This document shows, in pieces, positions 25,620 to 37,800 of a stretch of DNA of 64,000 nucleotides (its first letter is position 1; each line of letters starts with the position of its first letter). Source of the DNA: Protoeuglena noctilucae (Eukaryota); NCBI GenBank assembly GCA_958009085.1, contig OY253671.1, forward strand, positions 1,054,001-1,118,000, read 5' to 3'. The notes under the pieces are model-generated. The model was not told the DNA's origin. It saw only the letters and a list, made by a program, of their open reading frames with translations, and searched no databases. Both the position numbers and the translations under genes were made by a program.

Positions 25620-26103
25620 GGGTTCCCCACGCCCCCTCCGTGGACTGCGAGATCCCCCTCTGTCACCCATCCCGCACCCCACTCCCTGCGGAAGCTCTCC
25701 GCAGCCCCTCCACGACGCCAGCCCCGAAAGCCCAACCACCGATGGATGCCCACGCTGCTTGTAGGTGCCCAACTGGCGCTTGCGATCCCAGTTTGTGGCT
25801 CAGCGGTGACCCCCCCAGAGTGAAGCTCTTGCAGGACGTATGCGGGTGGGGAGATAGCAAATCGGAGGCACCGCCGGCAAAGATATCGATGGCAGAGGCG
25901 CTGCGCCAAGCTGATGCGCTTTCCGCGCTGTTCTGGTGACCTGATGTCAGCGCACGGCGGGACGGTTTCTCCGCCGATAAGCAAGCTCAGCCCCCCATGA
26001 GGACGCTGACCGTGTCCTTCGCATAACTTGTTGTTTCGTGGCACACCCTCGCGGCTGCCCGCTCGTCCTCGGCACTCCTACGCGTTCCCAGCAGTTGAAC
26101 ACA

Positions 26104-26680
26104 ATGAGCCTACCGTACAGGCAGCGCAAGCCGAGCGTACGGCGGGTAGAGAAGAAGAAGGAGGCGCCGCTGAGCGGATTTACCGATTCGGGGCTCAAGC
26201 TCGCGGGTGCGGAAAGCATGTGATGCAAAACGACGCGCGGCAGCTCCCCCGGAAGGCGCACGGCGTGCGCAAGCGGTTGACAGTCAAAGTGTTGGTCATT
26301 GAACGCGACGCCGACTTCGCTGAGGCTCGTCGGCCCACGTGTGGAGCGTCGCAGCTAGCCCAACTGTGGACCGGCGCGCCGCGCCCGCAGAAGGCCTCGA
26401 CGAGGTGGAGGTGCTGCTGAGGGAGTTCGATCTGTCGTCTAAGTATGGGCCGTGCGTGGGGATGACGCGCCTTGAGCGGTGAGGGCGCGGCAAGCGCAAT
26501 TGCAAGTGAAAGAAGTGGGACCCGTGCCACTCCCGCAAACCAACGGGCCCTAACTGCTCGCGCAGGTGGGAGAGGGCGCACAAGCTGGGCCTCGATCCAC
26601 CTGAGAGGGTCCGGGAGGTCTTGGCGCAAGCAGGCCCGAGCTCGCCCGCGAACCAGTGCATTTGGGCGGGGCGAGTGTGA
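26104..26680 (+). CDS. POLD4: DNA polymerase delta subunit 4 (p12/Cdm1)
   Basis: Spliced exons give LLREFDLSSKYGPCVGMTRLER|WERAHKLGLDPPERVREVL...QCIWAGRV*. Confidence 0.93.
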
Positions 26681-26731
26681 CGCCCGCCTCGTTTTCAAGT
26701 TGTTGCAGCACCCGTCCTTTCGTCAGGTAGA

Positions 26732-29648
26732 TCACGATCGGTGCGCCATGTATTGGTCCTGCCGGCCCCGCAGCGCCCGAATCTTCTCGCGGATTTCCGC
26801 AATGCGCTGGTCCGCTGCGGCCAGGGGAACGAGGGGCGCGCTCCGCCAGGCAGCGGGCCTCCCTCGCGGCCCTCGTTGAACAGCGGCAACGCACCCGTCG
26901 CTTCGATGTCCTCGCCGTGCATTAACGTCGCGGCTCGCCACTCCGAGGTGGCCCCCATGGTCTGCAACTCCCGCAACCGGCCCTCCAGCTCGGCGACTCG
27001 GTCCGTCTGCGCGCACGAGACAGGCGCAGGGACGTGTCACGGAAAAGACACCTCCACGGCTGCGGCGGGGCGGTGCACGGGCGTCCCGCCCCCGCCCCGC
27101 ACCAGCGCCTGCTTCTCCGATGACGCTTCCATCATCATGTCCTTGGTCGCGGCCAGGCGGCTCTTGAGACTCTGGACCTTAGCCCTGTGGGCAAGGGCGG
27201 GTGCATGGCGGGACTTGCACCCACCAGTGTTGGGGTCACCAGCGAGGGTCCGCGGCATGACCCAGCTCCTCTCGGCACGCACCGGTAGGAGCTCACGACT
27301 CTCTCCACGCTCGACTGGAAGCGCTTGGTGATCGCGGCCTTCTCGATCTCGAAGCTCCTCTGCAGCGACTCGGTCTGCTGCGCGTGACGCTGCTGCTCCT
27401 GCATGGGAATTGGCAGGCGCAGCACAGAGGGTGAGACTCGAGAAGCATGGGCGTCGAGAGCGGGCCCGGAACGCATCGCGGCACCCAGAGCTGCGCAGGG
27501 ACCCGCACTGACCTTCTGAAGCGTCTCGCGGAGGTCGTCGTTGTCGGCACCCATCGCCGCCAGCCGGGTCGTGTGCTCCGCGACCTCGACCCTCAGGTGC
27601 TTCACCTGCGCGCACAGTCACACACGTGGCGTCTCTCAGGAGTTACACCGCACGCCTCGGTGCACGTGCGTCCCCACGACCCCAGGTGAGCCGAGCCACG
27701 CACCTGGGACGAGAGGTCCGCGTTGAGCCGCATCTCTCTGTCCAGCTCCGCCCGCGCCTCCTGCAGCTGCTCGTCCACGTTCGCCAGCCGGTGCCTCAGG
27801 TGCTCGACGTCGCGTGCCGCGTCGGCCGCGCGGCGCTGCTCGGACTCGAGGGACGCGCTCCGGTCCGCCAGCTGGGCCTGCAGCTCGGTGATCTGGTCCG
27901 TGAGCGCCGACTCCCGCGCCCGGTGCGCGGCCGTCGCCTCGTCGACCCTCTTGAGCGCCGCGGCGGCCCGCGCCCCCAGGTCCTCCCGGTCGACCTCCAG
28001 CTCACGCACGCGGCGGAGGAGCTCACCGCGCGCCGCGGTCACGGCCGCCTCGGTGCGGCGCTCCGAGTCCGCGGCGACCTCGCGCCGCATCCGCTCGGCG
28101 TCTGCGTGTGATGACGAGCGAGAGTGAGAGGGTCCGGGGCGCCCCATGCGGTATGAGCGAGCGCTGGGGGCGCGGCAAGAAACCGCACCATCCAGTCTCC
28201 TCTGCATCTCGAGGACCTTGTCCGAGCTCTGGCTCAGCTCCCGTTGCATCCGGCTCTGCAGCTCTGCCATCTGTCGCTCCTTCACCAACAGCCGCTGCTC
28301 CAGCTGCGCCTTCGCCGCCGCCGCCTGCGGCACAAGAAGCGGCGAGGCGGTCGCGGGACTTGCAGTTCGGCTTGTCGCCGCTCTAGTGGCTGACATGCTG
28401 ACCGCCCACCTTGGACACGGCAGCGTCCGCCTCCCGTCGCGCCTCCTGCAGTTGGTCCTGCGCCACCTCGCCCGCGCGCACCGCCTCCGCCAGCTCGGTC
28501 TGCGTCGCGGCCAGCCTCTCGCCCCGCTCCCGCAGCTGCTTGGTCAGATCCGCCTCCCGGCGCTCGGCCGCCCGCCCCGCCTGCCGCAGCCGCATGACCA
28601 CGTCCTCCAGCTCCCCCACGCTGCGCGCCCGCTCCGCCCGCGCGGCCCCCGCCTCTCGCCGGGCCTCGGCTGCCACCTTGCGCAGCTCGTCCAGCTCAGC
28701 CGCCACCGCCGCCGCCTGCCCCGCCGTCGCCCGAAGCTCCCGGCTCTCCTCCTGCAGGCGCTCCAGCTCCAGGTCCCGCCGCGAGGCCTCCGCCGCCTCC
28801 TGCGCGTCCCGCCGCCGCAGCTCCTCCGCGTGCCTCAGGGCCATGGCCTCCATGCGTGTCTTCACGCTCTCGTAGTCCCGCCGCAGAGCGCGCAGCGCCT
28901 CGTGGTGCTGCTCCGACAGCTGCTGCGCGGCCTCCATGCGGCCCTGCGGATGGCTGGCCGCGGCAGGGTGGCTGCGGCGTCTCGAGGACAGGCAACAGGT
29001 GCTTGTCGCCCCGGCATGCCGTTGACCGTCCCGCACCTTCCATTTCCCCTCTGCTTCCTCGAGGACCTTGGCCCGCAGCACCTCCAGGTCCGAAGGGTGC
29101 ACGGCCGTGCCCCGCAGCCGATCGAAGGCCCCCTTTTGCTCCCGCAATTGCTTCCACAGCGCATCCATGGCCCCCTGCACCGAGACTTGAGGGCTGGGAC
29201 CCTCAGGCCTGAGAGCTACCCTGGGCTTCCTGGCACAGCTGCACTCAGAGGAACTAAGGCACCTGATGCTCCGCAATGATAGCCGCGTTGTCTCGCCGCA
29301 GGGCCTCCACTTCTGCTGCTGATGACGCCCATGAGGACTCTGCCTTCCGTCGCTCGGCCTGCGACTCCGCTAGTCGCCGCTCCAGCGCCGCATTGTCCCT
29401 CCGCAACGTCTCCAGCGTCCTGACTGCTGTCTGCGACCATTGGGATCCGAGCGGGATTGGCGCGGGGGGTGGGCGACAAGCGTTGCATCCCCCGCCTGCC
29501 TGGCCGCTCTGGAGATCCAGCGCAGCGATGCAGTGGCCGCATTCACCTGAAGTTCGATCACGGTGCTGTCCGTGGTACTGGTGGCGTGGCTCTGGTCCCG
29601 CACGCTGGCCTGTGAGGGGCTTGCGGGAAGGTCCTCCTCATCCGACAT
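26732..29648 (-). CDS. CEP83/CCDC41-like centriolar distal-appendage coiled-coil protein
   Basis: All coiled coil. VHPSDLEVLRAKVLEEAEGKWK|GRMEAAQQ...ALRALRRDYESVKTRME parallels CEP83 TPQKLELLRAQIQQELE...YNKLRYEHTFLKSEFE. Ends IREKIRALRGRQDQYMAHRS*. Confidence 0.65.
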
Positions 29649-30116
29649 CCCTCACAACGACGCCCCGGAACCGCACCAGCCGGCGACAACCGGAAAAGAG
29701 CAGCCTAAGTGATCTTCCCAAGATGTGAGCAGGGCCAGGAGCACGCCCGGCGAGCGGGAGCAACGTTCAAAATGTTTAAATGCGACGTAGGACGGGGCGC
29801 GAGAGTCTGCAGGGGGTCCACGCTGCCGGGTTTCAGCGAATGTTATGCAGCGACTCGCACCGTTTCTCGGCCAGCGGCGCGGCACCTGTGGCTGCCTGGC
29901 ATCCGGGTCTGGCGCGCCGCCACACCACGGCCGCACATTGGCGCCCGCATCGACGATTTGCTACCTTTGTGACCCCGACTGTAACTGATTAACATTCTCT
30001 CCGCTCCTGTGTCTCCTACGCCCACGCCTCTGCTCCTTCTTCGACAGCGGCCCTAGCAACGCGATATACTCGAGTGGTGGGGGCCTCATCAACAACGGCA
30101 TTAACGTGCGGGCTCT

Positions 30117-33100
30117 ATGGTGTCTTTGAGCGGGCGGTGCGGTGCGCTCGGCGCTCGGCAGCCATGCTGCCGCCCCCCGCACACATCCCCCACACCCCAC
30201 GGCGATGTAGCGCGCCTCTGCTACGTCTGCGTCCACGATCGCGTCGCAAGCTTGCGAAGGGCACAGTGTCTCGCTCCGACACAAAGCCACGCGACGAGGG
30301 ACGGCATTCGCTGCTTCGCGCGCAATGCCCTTAACCGGGCGGACCCCGACGAGGACATCGCGGAGGGCTGGGAGACAGACGAGAAGGTGAAGCGCGCGTC
30401 CGACCTCGCGTCCGCCCCAGATTGTCCCATGAGCGCCGGCAGAGTTTCCGCGTGCCTTCATCTCGCAGCTGGCTGCGCTCGGGGCCGCGCATATCGTTCC
30501 TGCACGGCCCTCCATTGTCCTTAATCAATGTGCCTTTCATTAGTGCCTCTGGGTTTCGGGGAGTGTGTCGCGCCGACGAGAAATATTCGCCGCCCTCTTC
30601 TCCCCTAGGCGTCGGAGGACGAGCTGTCGCGGCTGCTGTCCTGGCTCGTGGCCAACGGCGTGCGCGGCATCGGGATGATGGACTCCAAGATTGGGTTGTA
30701 TCGCGGCGCAAGGGGCAACCGCGGGGTGTTTTGCACGGACGACTTTGGGCAGGGCGAGACGCTCTTGATCGTGCCTCTGCGTCTGGCCATCGCGGACCAC
30801 GCCGACGACGAGGAGAGTAACCGACTCGTGTACCCGGGCGCCCCCTGGAGCGTCCGCCTGGCCTGCAAGCTGCTGCGCGAGAAGGCGAAGGCGAGAGGCG
30901 GCCAATAGTCACGGCTCCTGGGCGGCCCTTGTGCCACCCCTGCACCCAGGCGCACCAGGCTGCGTTATGCGGACTTCCTACCCCGCATCCCGCTTTACTT
31001 TCGCAGGGATCTGCAAGCCCATGGAAGCCGTATCTGGACTCGTTGCCGACGTCGGTGCCGACGCCGGTGGAGGAGTTCGACTGGGACGACATCACAGCCA
31101 TCGACTACCAGCCGATGCGCGAGGCCATCGACCAGGTGACGCGCATGAGTGACTCGGGATTGCATGCCACCTGCATCTGGTGTGCTGCATACTACGGGGG
31201 TGGGGGCGGTCTTGCAAAGGGGGGAGAGGCTTGCTCGGACATGACAGTACAGTGACTGTGCCCTATACTACTGGCGCAGGCGTCCTGGCTGGCTGCGGAC
31301 GCCTTCACCCGCCTCAGTCCCGAGGCCACGGGGGGCGCCACGCGAGAGGACCTGGCCTGGGCGTTGTCGGTATGCCACTCGCGCTCGTTCGGGTCGCCAG
31401 CCAAGGATGGCCAGGGCGTCGGGGTGAGCGCGGCGTGCGGCAGAGTTGTACATAGGCGCTGGCAGAGGCCTGGGACTGGCGCGTTGGAGTCTGTCACATG
31501 CACGGTTGCTGCTGCAGGTGCACATGCTGGTGCCTCTGGTCGACTTGCTCGACCACGGCGGGGACCTGGCGCGCCTGCGACCCTGCGACCCCGCGGACCC
31601 GACGGATCACGTGGAGTGGAACCTCGTGGGCCCCGACTCCGCAGCCAGGTGATGTGAAGACCACAAGGCATAGAGGGTCGTAACGCTTGTGCTGGTCGCT
31701 GCCCGTTGCCGCTCACGACACGTGTTCGGTGCCGCCGCAGTGGTGCCTGGGAGCTACACCTGGTGTCGCTGCGGCCGTGCGAGGCCGGGGACGAGGTCCT
31801 GATGTCGTACGGCGAGCGCGCGAACGACGACTTCTTCCTGCACTACGGGTTCGTGCCGGATTCGAACCCCCACGACGCCGTGCCCGTGTTCGACTCCCTC
31901 GCTGAGCTCAAGATCTACGCGCTGGCCGCGCTGTCGACCGCGCACCTCGCCACGCCCGCCGTGGCGCCCGGAGCTCCGCCCCCGACGGATGCGGCCGGGG
32001 CGGTGCGCGACAGCGTGCTCCTGCTGTCCGTCTCCTCGGACGAAGAGGAGAGCGCAGCTGCGGAGGCGGAGGGGGAGGTGCCGGCGTGGCTGGAGGAGGC
32101 GGCGAGGCGGTTCGATGCGGCTGTGGCGGCGGTGGAGTCGGATGTGCGAGACGGCGGGGAGGGAGCGCTGCTGCGGCCCGTGCGCAAGGACGACCCGCTG
32201 AGCAGGGGGCTGAAGCTGGTCGCAGGCGAGTGGCCGAGCTGGCGCTGAGCACGAGGGGATGCCTTGGTGCCGATGACGAGCGTGCTGGCCATTCCATATG
32301 GTCGGGGTTGAGGTACTCACAACCCAGTCGCTTCTGCAAATCCTGCTCCCAGCTCTGCGCTTTGCAGGGAACGGCGTGGACCGCCGCATCTCGGCGGGGC
32401 TGGCCGCGGCCCTCGACCCGAGCTGGGACGTGTCGTCGTCCGCCCCGCCCCCGCGGGCCCTGGAGATCGCGGAGGCGTTTCTGGCGCGGAGGTGCCTCGA
32501 GGTGCTGGGGGGGTTCAAGGAGAGCCTCGCGAACGACCTCGAGTGCCTGTCGCTGACGCCGAGGGAGGACGTCAACGATGCGGGGTTCAGCGCCAGCAGG
32601 TGAGTGTTGCGTTGCGCACGCAGCGAGTTCAGTGCCAGCAGGTGAGTGTTGCGCACGCCGCGCTATGCATCGTTGCTGCTTGCGTCGCCCATTTCGAGCG
32701 GCGTCGGGTGCCGGAGCGCCGGGGCGCGTGCGGATGCCTGGAGCGGTTTGCCCTCGCCCGCAGCCCCGACGGGGACGACGACGATCCGGTGGAGGGGTGG
32801 CGCAGGGACCGGTGGCGTGCCATGCTGGCGACCTACTCCGCGGCAATCGAGGCGATCCGTGAGAAGGGCGGCCTCTTGCCATTAGAGGCGGCGGAGATGT
32901 CGCCACCGGCCCTGCTGTCGGTGCGGCCGCACTCTGCGGGGGTGGGGCTCGGGTCAGCTGGGGCGGCAGCGGATGCGGGTGTGTCCGGCGGCGACGGCGT
33001 CGACGGCGCACAGGCGCCCGCGGTGCTGCCGGACCCGAAAGAGCTGGCGGCGCAGCTGGGGATCGAACTGGGGACCCTTGCCGGGGTCGGGCCGGGGAGC

Positions 33101-33307
33101 AGCGGGGCGGATGATCGAGAGGGTGACGCTGGCGCCGTGGATGGCATGGCGCTGTGGGACGAGTCGTCGGGGTGGAGCGAGGAGGCGGAGGAGCGCAGGC
33201 AGCGTGCCCGGGCGTACGTGGCGTGGAAGAAGGCGATCCTTTGGGATTTCGTGTTGTCGGTGGGGCCTGACAGGGTAGCAGAGTGCACCGAGATGCTGTT
33301 AGCGTGA
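30117..33307 (+). CDS. Rubisco-LSMT-type SET-domain protein-lysine methyltransferase, probable plastid transit peptide
   Basis: LSWLVANGVRG...GNRGVF...LLIVPLRLAI...LACKLLREKAK|GSASPWKPYLDSLP...WALSVCHSRSF...MLVPLVDLLDH...GDEVLMSYGERANDDFFLHYGFVPDSNPHD. Confidence 0.88.
32585..32658 (+). repeat. 42-bp-period tandem duplication spanning an exon/intron junction
   Basis: GTTCAGCGCCAGCAG|GTGAGTGTTGCG at 32585 and GTTCAGTGCCAGCAG|GTGAGTGTTGCG at 32627. Donor GT at 32600 and 32642. Confidence 0.95.
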
Positions 33308-33347
33308 TAGGCATGCGCTTGCCAGGCAGCGCTGTTCAAAAGACGCC

Positions 33348-34608
33348 TCATGTTGGGAGGATGCCCCGCCGCCGCAACCGCTCCGCCAGGGCGGTGGGTA
33401 TGCCCCCCTCTCTCGCAGCGATGGCGCCAGGCTCGCCAATCGCGCTCCCTGCTCCCCGCTGGCCCTCCGTGGCCCCCTGGCCGGGCCCTCGGTCGACACC
33501 ACCCTCGGGCTCTCTCTGATGGGGACCCAACCCTGCAGGCACTCCGGCGCCGCCCCTCGGCACATCCCCGCGCATCCCGCTGCCGCTCTCGGCGACGCCA
33601 CTTCCCTGCCCTAACCCCCGGTTCCCTGCCTCGCCCCCGCCCACGGCCACTGGCCCCTGACCCTGCGCACCCCACCCAGGGGGGCGTTGTGGCCCAAACC
33701 GAGCTCGTGAGACCCCTGCCCCTGAGTTCTGATCGACTCCTGACATCTCTGCTTTCCAATTCCTCCCTCGACCTTCGCATGCGTCGGGCTCCTCGCCCTC
33801 TCCCTCGCCCTCTGCACCACGCGTGGTCGTATCCCGCTCTCGTTTCCGACGCCGGCGCTCCATCCGCTCCCGCATGCTCGCCGCGACGCTCGCTGCCATC
33901 TCGGCCGCCTCCCGGGCCTGCATGCGGGGCAGGCGGCAAGTGTCCATGCCAGCTAGAGGCACTGGAGTGGACCAAGGGAACGACGTAGGGTTTGGCCTGC
34001 ATTACCTGGGCGTTCCTCTCTCGCTCAACACGGTTCCGAATCTCGACAGCCTGGAGAACACGACAAAGCACGGGGGACGTTTGGACGTCCCGACCCTGCG
34101 TCGCGCCAGCTGCGCATACGCGTTGATGGCGGCACTGCCACTCACCATTGACCCAGATGCAGATATGTCTGCGTCCCCAGGCCGCACGGCGTGCTCCCGG
34201 ACCGCGGCAGCGCGCGTAACGTCGTCCCGCAGCTGGATGTGAGCCTTGTTCAGCGCATCGAAAGCCTGACGGGCGCCCGGCAGGCTACACCGATCCGGAT
34301 GTATGGAAAGCGCCACGATGCGGAAGTTACGCGAGACATCGGACGCCGTGATGGCCTGCATTTGCAGACGGGACACAACTGTCCACGCTTTTATAGCCTT
34401 CGCGCAACGAGCGATAAAACAGCGGTGATGCCCTCATCATATTGTTAGACCCGGTGTCCCTTACCGACGCCGGACGGCCCAAGTCGTCGAGGGTTGGCAA
34501 GGGCAGGCATAGCATGGTGAAAGGGTCGGGAGCGGCAAGCACGGCCGAGATAGTCTCCTCCGCGTTCCGACGGGGTGCCTTTGGGATGCACCCGTCGCTG
34601 GAGTTCAT
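33348..34608 (-). CDS. J-domain (DnaJ, DNAJC8-like) protein with charged C-terminal tail
   Basis: VLAAPDPFTML...|...DVSRNFRIVALSIHPDRCSLPGARQAFDALNKAHIQLRD with the HPD motif. Tail ends RRRRGILPT*. Start uncertain. Confidence 0.8.
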
Positions 34609-34805
34609 GGGCTCCCCGGTTCGCAGCGGCTGTTCCGCGCAGGCTCCGTTCATGTGCAGCGGTGGTTTAGCTGCGCTCTTGCCGGCATCACAGGGACTTC
34701 GTATGCGCACACGGCACCCAGCGATTCAACGCACGTTCATCTATCGCATGCTGCCCCGGGATCGTCGCCATTCACGCGGACCACGGCCAGACTGACACCC
34801 CCTCG

Positions 34806-37800
34806 TCAGTCTGACGTTCCGCCCGTCCCCTCCGGTCCCCGCGCCGCGTCCTCGCGGGCCCCTCTCCCGCCGCGTCCCCCGCCCCGACCGGACCCCGCGC
34901 GCGGCGCCTCTAGGTACGACGCCAGCTGCGGCACGCTCCCCTCCAGGCTGTGGCCCTCGTCCTTGAGCCTCTGTGCCAGCATGGCGTAGATGGTCCTGAC
35001 GCCATCCACACCCCCGCCGCGCCGAACACCGGGTCGCGCGGGTGCCGGGGCGTCCAGGTCCATGTCGTCCTGCAAGGCGGTTGACCGAGAGGTGCGCGTC
35101 CCAACAGCGTCGACGCCCCTTCCCATGTCACGCAGGCGAGCGCTTGCAGCAACATGCCGTGTTAACCACGCCCCCTGTGCCCACAACGCGCCTCTCACCT
35201 CGCGGGCGTCCGTCCCGGCCGCAGGTGGCCTGGGCCGGTACGCGCTGGTGGGCCCGTCCTCCGCCTCACTCGAACCGGACTCGGAGCTCGCCCCGACCAC
35301 GGCCCCGGCGCCACGCATGCCCGCGCCGGGGTAGCCCCCCGTGGCCCGGACGGACGGCCGCAGCGACGTCTCCGCCGCCCCGGCCTCGGACGGGCGCGGG
35401 TGGCGCGCGGTGGCCATGACCAGCCCCACGCACCTGGCGAGGTCCTGTGGGTCCGCGCGACCTACAAGCTGCAGGAGGACGCGCAGGGCCTCCTCGTGCA
35501 CCTGCGGGCGGTGGGAGTGGCATGGTGTTGCGCCGAGCACTGCGAGTGCGGCACTGCAAGTGCGACACTGCGTGAAACACAGGATCTGTCAGGGATGCAC
35601 TGGAGGGACTGGCAACAGCCTGGGTTGGGATGAATGGCTCGCCTGGGGGTCTAAGTGCGTGCATGGGACTAGGACGCGCTCGAAGGCGAGTCGCCAGAGC
35701 GGGTCCTCTGGCATGAGGTATCCTGAGCCGACCAGTTGGTGTAGTCGCTTGGCCAGCGTGGCTGCAAAGGGCGCCCAGTCTGACTGAGGCCCACGGGACG
35801 TCAAGCCGAGGATGCCCGCCACCTCCTCTGCAGGCGAGCAGCATGCGTACTATCACATCCGCGTCAGCGGCATGCGTGGCGATAGCAACATTGCAGCAGA
35901 AACATGGGCGGCGTGCGCGAATAGCAGCACGGCGCTCACCCAGGCATGACAGGAGGCACAGGGAGGACTGCCGGTCCAGGCTGGCCAGCCGCTCGAGGCA
36001 AGCCACGAAGGTCGTGTGCAGCACTACCGAATGACGCACGCACAGGGACGCAAGGAGAGCCGCCAGCTCCGGACCGGTCATGGCGTCCAGCGTCGCCCCG
36101 GACGCCTCGCCCGCCCCGCTGGGGGGGCTGTCGCCCGCCGCCCCCGCCGCCGCGCGCGTGCTGCCGTTGTCGGTGCTCGTCCGTCCCCGTTCTGTCCCCG
36201 GAACTCCGCTGTGCGGGTGGCCCCTCGTGTCGCTCTGAGGCAGCTGCGGCCCCGTGCCGCCGCCCGTGCTCGCCCCGCCCCCGTCCCCGTCGCTTTGTTG
36301 GCTGTAGCTGTTGTCCATTCCCCTCCTTCCCGATACCGCCGAGTCCCTGCAGGAAGGATCACCCGCATCGCAGCATGACTGACGCAACCACTCGTGGACG
36401 GCGCTACATGAGATGCAGCACAGGTCATTCCAGTCCTTAAGATGCAACGTGAGCCCTGCCACACTCCTGCCACACTCCCAACATCGCATCCAGCCGGTCG
36501 ACAGGCAACGGTGCCGAGCACGGTCGCCAGGCCTGGCCGTGATGCGACCCCGTGTCCCCATCCCGCTCACCCAGCCACGTCCACGAACCCCGCGCTCTCT
36601 CCCACGCTGTCGCTGCTGGCTGCGTCCCCGGTGGCGCCGAGGCCCCCCGCCATGTCCAGCAGGCCCGCCATGGACCGCACCACCACCTGCACGATGGCCG
36701 CCAGACCCTGCGTCACCACCACCGGGTCCGGGTTGAGGTATGCAGGCCGCCCCTCCCGGAGCATCTCGCGCGCTCCGAGCCCCAGCTGCGCGAGCTGAGT
36801 TAGGAAGAGGGTCCGCGTAGACTCCCAGGGATCCCACAGCTCCGACACGCGGCAGGGGCCGTGGGGGCCCTCAGATGAACCCACGTGGGCACCCGCATTG
36901 AAGCCCCCGAACTCGGCGCCGCCGGCGTCCGTCGCAGGGCCCAGGGCACTCTCGGGCGCCGCGCTCCCGGGAACGGAGTGCGACGCGCCCGCTGCGCTGT
37001 CCGGCACGGCCACCGACCCTCCGCGGCTCATGGCGAGCCCAGCCCAGGCCTCTGCGGGCGCGTCCCACGGCGCAGCCTCGAGCGCGCGTGCGTCCCCACC
37101 CCCGGGCGTCTCCAACGGCGCGGGCGGCGCGATGGCTGCAGCCACGCCCGCCGCCGTCGACATGACCCCACGCACCAATTCGTGCAGCACCAGGTGCAGC
37201 GCGGAGGGGTCCCGCAGGGCCTGCGAACAGCAAACGCGAGGATTCGACCTTGCTGCATCAGCCACGCCACGGTCCGTCAGCCATGCAAATGGTATCTCTG
37301 GTCGAACCCCGGACAGCCTCGCAAGATCGCGCCAGGTGCGCTCACCATGGCCGCGTCAAACAGGACCTGCCCGTTGCCTGCGGGGCCCGACAGGTCGTCC
37401 GGCCCCGCGAGGACTTTGCCGTTGCGCCCCCGCTTCACCCCCGCCCCGAACTTGACCCGCAGGCGGACCCCCGCGCTCGCAGGCGCGTCGGTGTCCGACG
37501 GGGGCGCGCCCGCGGTGGCGGGGCGTAGGGGCGATCGCTGGAATGGCCGGAAGAACGCCTGCATGGCTGCCATGTTTCGTGGGGAGATGTGCCGGGACTG
37601 CAGAGACGCGTCAAGGGCGACGGCGAGCGGGAGCAAAGGGTCCGTCGACGTGACGGACGAGACACCGCGATCGTTCAGGGCAAGCAACAGCTGCGGGGGC
37701 GGATGGAAGCCGAGGGGGGCGTGCGGAGGCGTCGGGCAGGGCAGGCACGCAAGGGCGCGAGACGCAAGCAGCGGCGACTGTGGATTTGGGCGCACTGTGC

